A stretch of DNA of 64,000 bases from Gekko japonicus. Taxonomy: Eukaryota. Positions 63,196 to 64,000 of the stretch are shown here, one piece after another. A program made the translations under genes and the position numbers. The notes beneath the pieces were generated by a model that did not search any database, had not been told where the DNA came from, and was given only the letters and a program-made list of their open reading frames with translations. Position 1 is the first letter of the stretch, and each line of letters opens with the position of its first letter. The stretch spans positions 875,304-939,303 of the forward strand of contig NW_015163102.1 in assembly GCF_001447785.1 (NCBI RefSeq). The letters are read 5' to 3'.

Positions 63196-64000
63196 CTCTA
63201 CCTTCTGTAAGAGGAGGGCGATGTTGGGGGGTGGCTTGTTCTCTTAAGGCTGGCTTGGGAATGCCTGAAGCCAGCTGTGAGACCTTGGGTGGTGAAGAGC
63301 TATTTTTCCAGGACTCAAGGTAAGTCACTTTCAGCAGGGGGTGGGGGTGGGACCTGTTCTTAAATAAAGTGTAATGGGTTATCAAAATCAACCACATATA
63401 GCTGAGCAATGACTAACAACATCTGAGCAAATGAAAATAAAAGGAGTATTAAGCACACTGTCTCTCACCTTAGGTCTAAAACTTACTCACCTTTGATGGT
63501 GAATTATGAGATAGACTCTGATCTGAAAACATTCCAGATTCTGTTGAGGCTCTGTTGATATCCCTGTTTCTCGGCCATTTTGTTGGTCTCCTTGAAGTAT
63601 GACCCTCCTCTGTTCTCCAAAAGAATACCCCAAATCGTCTCCTCCCTTCTCTTCTGTACAGCCCACTAGACCTTTCTCTAATGGGAAATTACCAGTAGGT
63701 TCCTAGAAGCCTCTTTGCAGCCTTCTTTGCTTACCCAAGTCTCATTTCAGTCAAGGATCTTTCGTTCTTTGTCTAACTCCATCAGCATACAGACTGTCAT
63801 CCTCTAGCTTAGCATTTGGAAGTAAAACGTGGTTCTGCATCCTTTTGACAATCTGTTAGGATAGTTTTAGTTCAACCTTTGAGCATTCCCGGAGTGCAAA
63901 GTTCATGTTCACCTTTCTATGTTGTAAACTTTTACACAGATACCAGGGATGAAGTGTTGTTTCAGGACAGCTTAAGGTATATTCAGTGAAGTATATTTTC

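Noticed and set aside
63400-64000. Possible degraded LINE ORF1 on the minus strand
   Set aside because: Too many stops and no diagnostic motif.

Overview
Vertebrate, repeat-rich, apparently non-coding window (intron or intergenic) with two assembly gaps. The repeat complement (BovB RTE LINE, Sauria SINE, abundant tRNA/CORE-type SINEs) points to a squamate, probably a gecko (inference). I could not support any host protein-coding exon; every recognisable protein match is transposon-derived. Main elements: a young BovB LINE with an internal RT deletion (42308-44982); an internally deleted tyrosine-recombinase retrotransposon (DIRS/Ngaro-like) carrying an SGNH-hydrolase ORF (about 22390-25225); an internally deleted Helitron retaining the PIF1-helicase C-terminus (about 27908-30004, minus); L1 and L2 fragments; 5S-rRNA-headed SINEs with RTE-like tails; and Harbinger-like and hAT MITEs with readable TIRs and TSDs, several nested. 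The most interesting signal is in the YR retrotransposon: a CAG|GTAAGT donor in ORF1 and a T-rich AG acceptor before the SGNH ORF are in the same phase, predicting a spliced ORF1 coiled-coil/SGNH fusion that skips RT/RH/YR. Several unique blocks look like conserved non-coding elements but cannot be verified without alignment. Repeat boundaries are approximate unless TIRs or TSDs are quoted.
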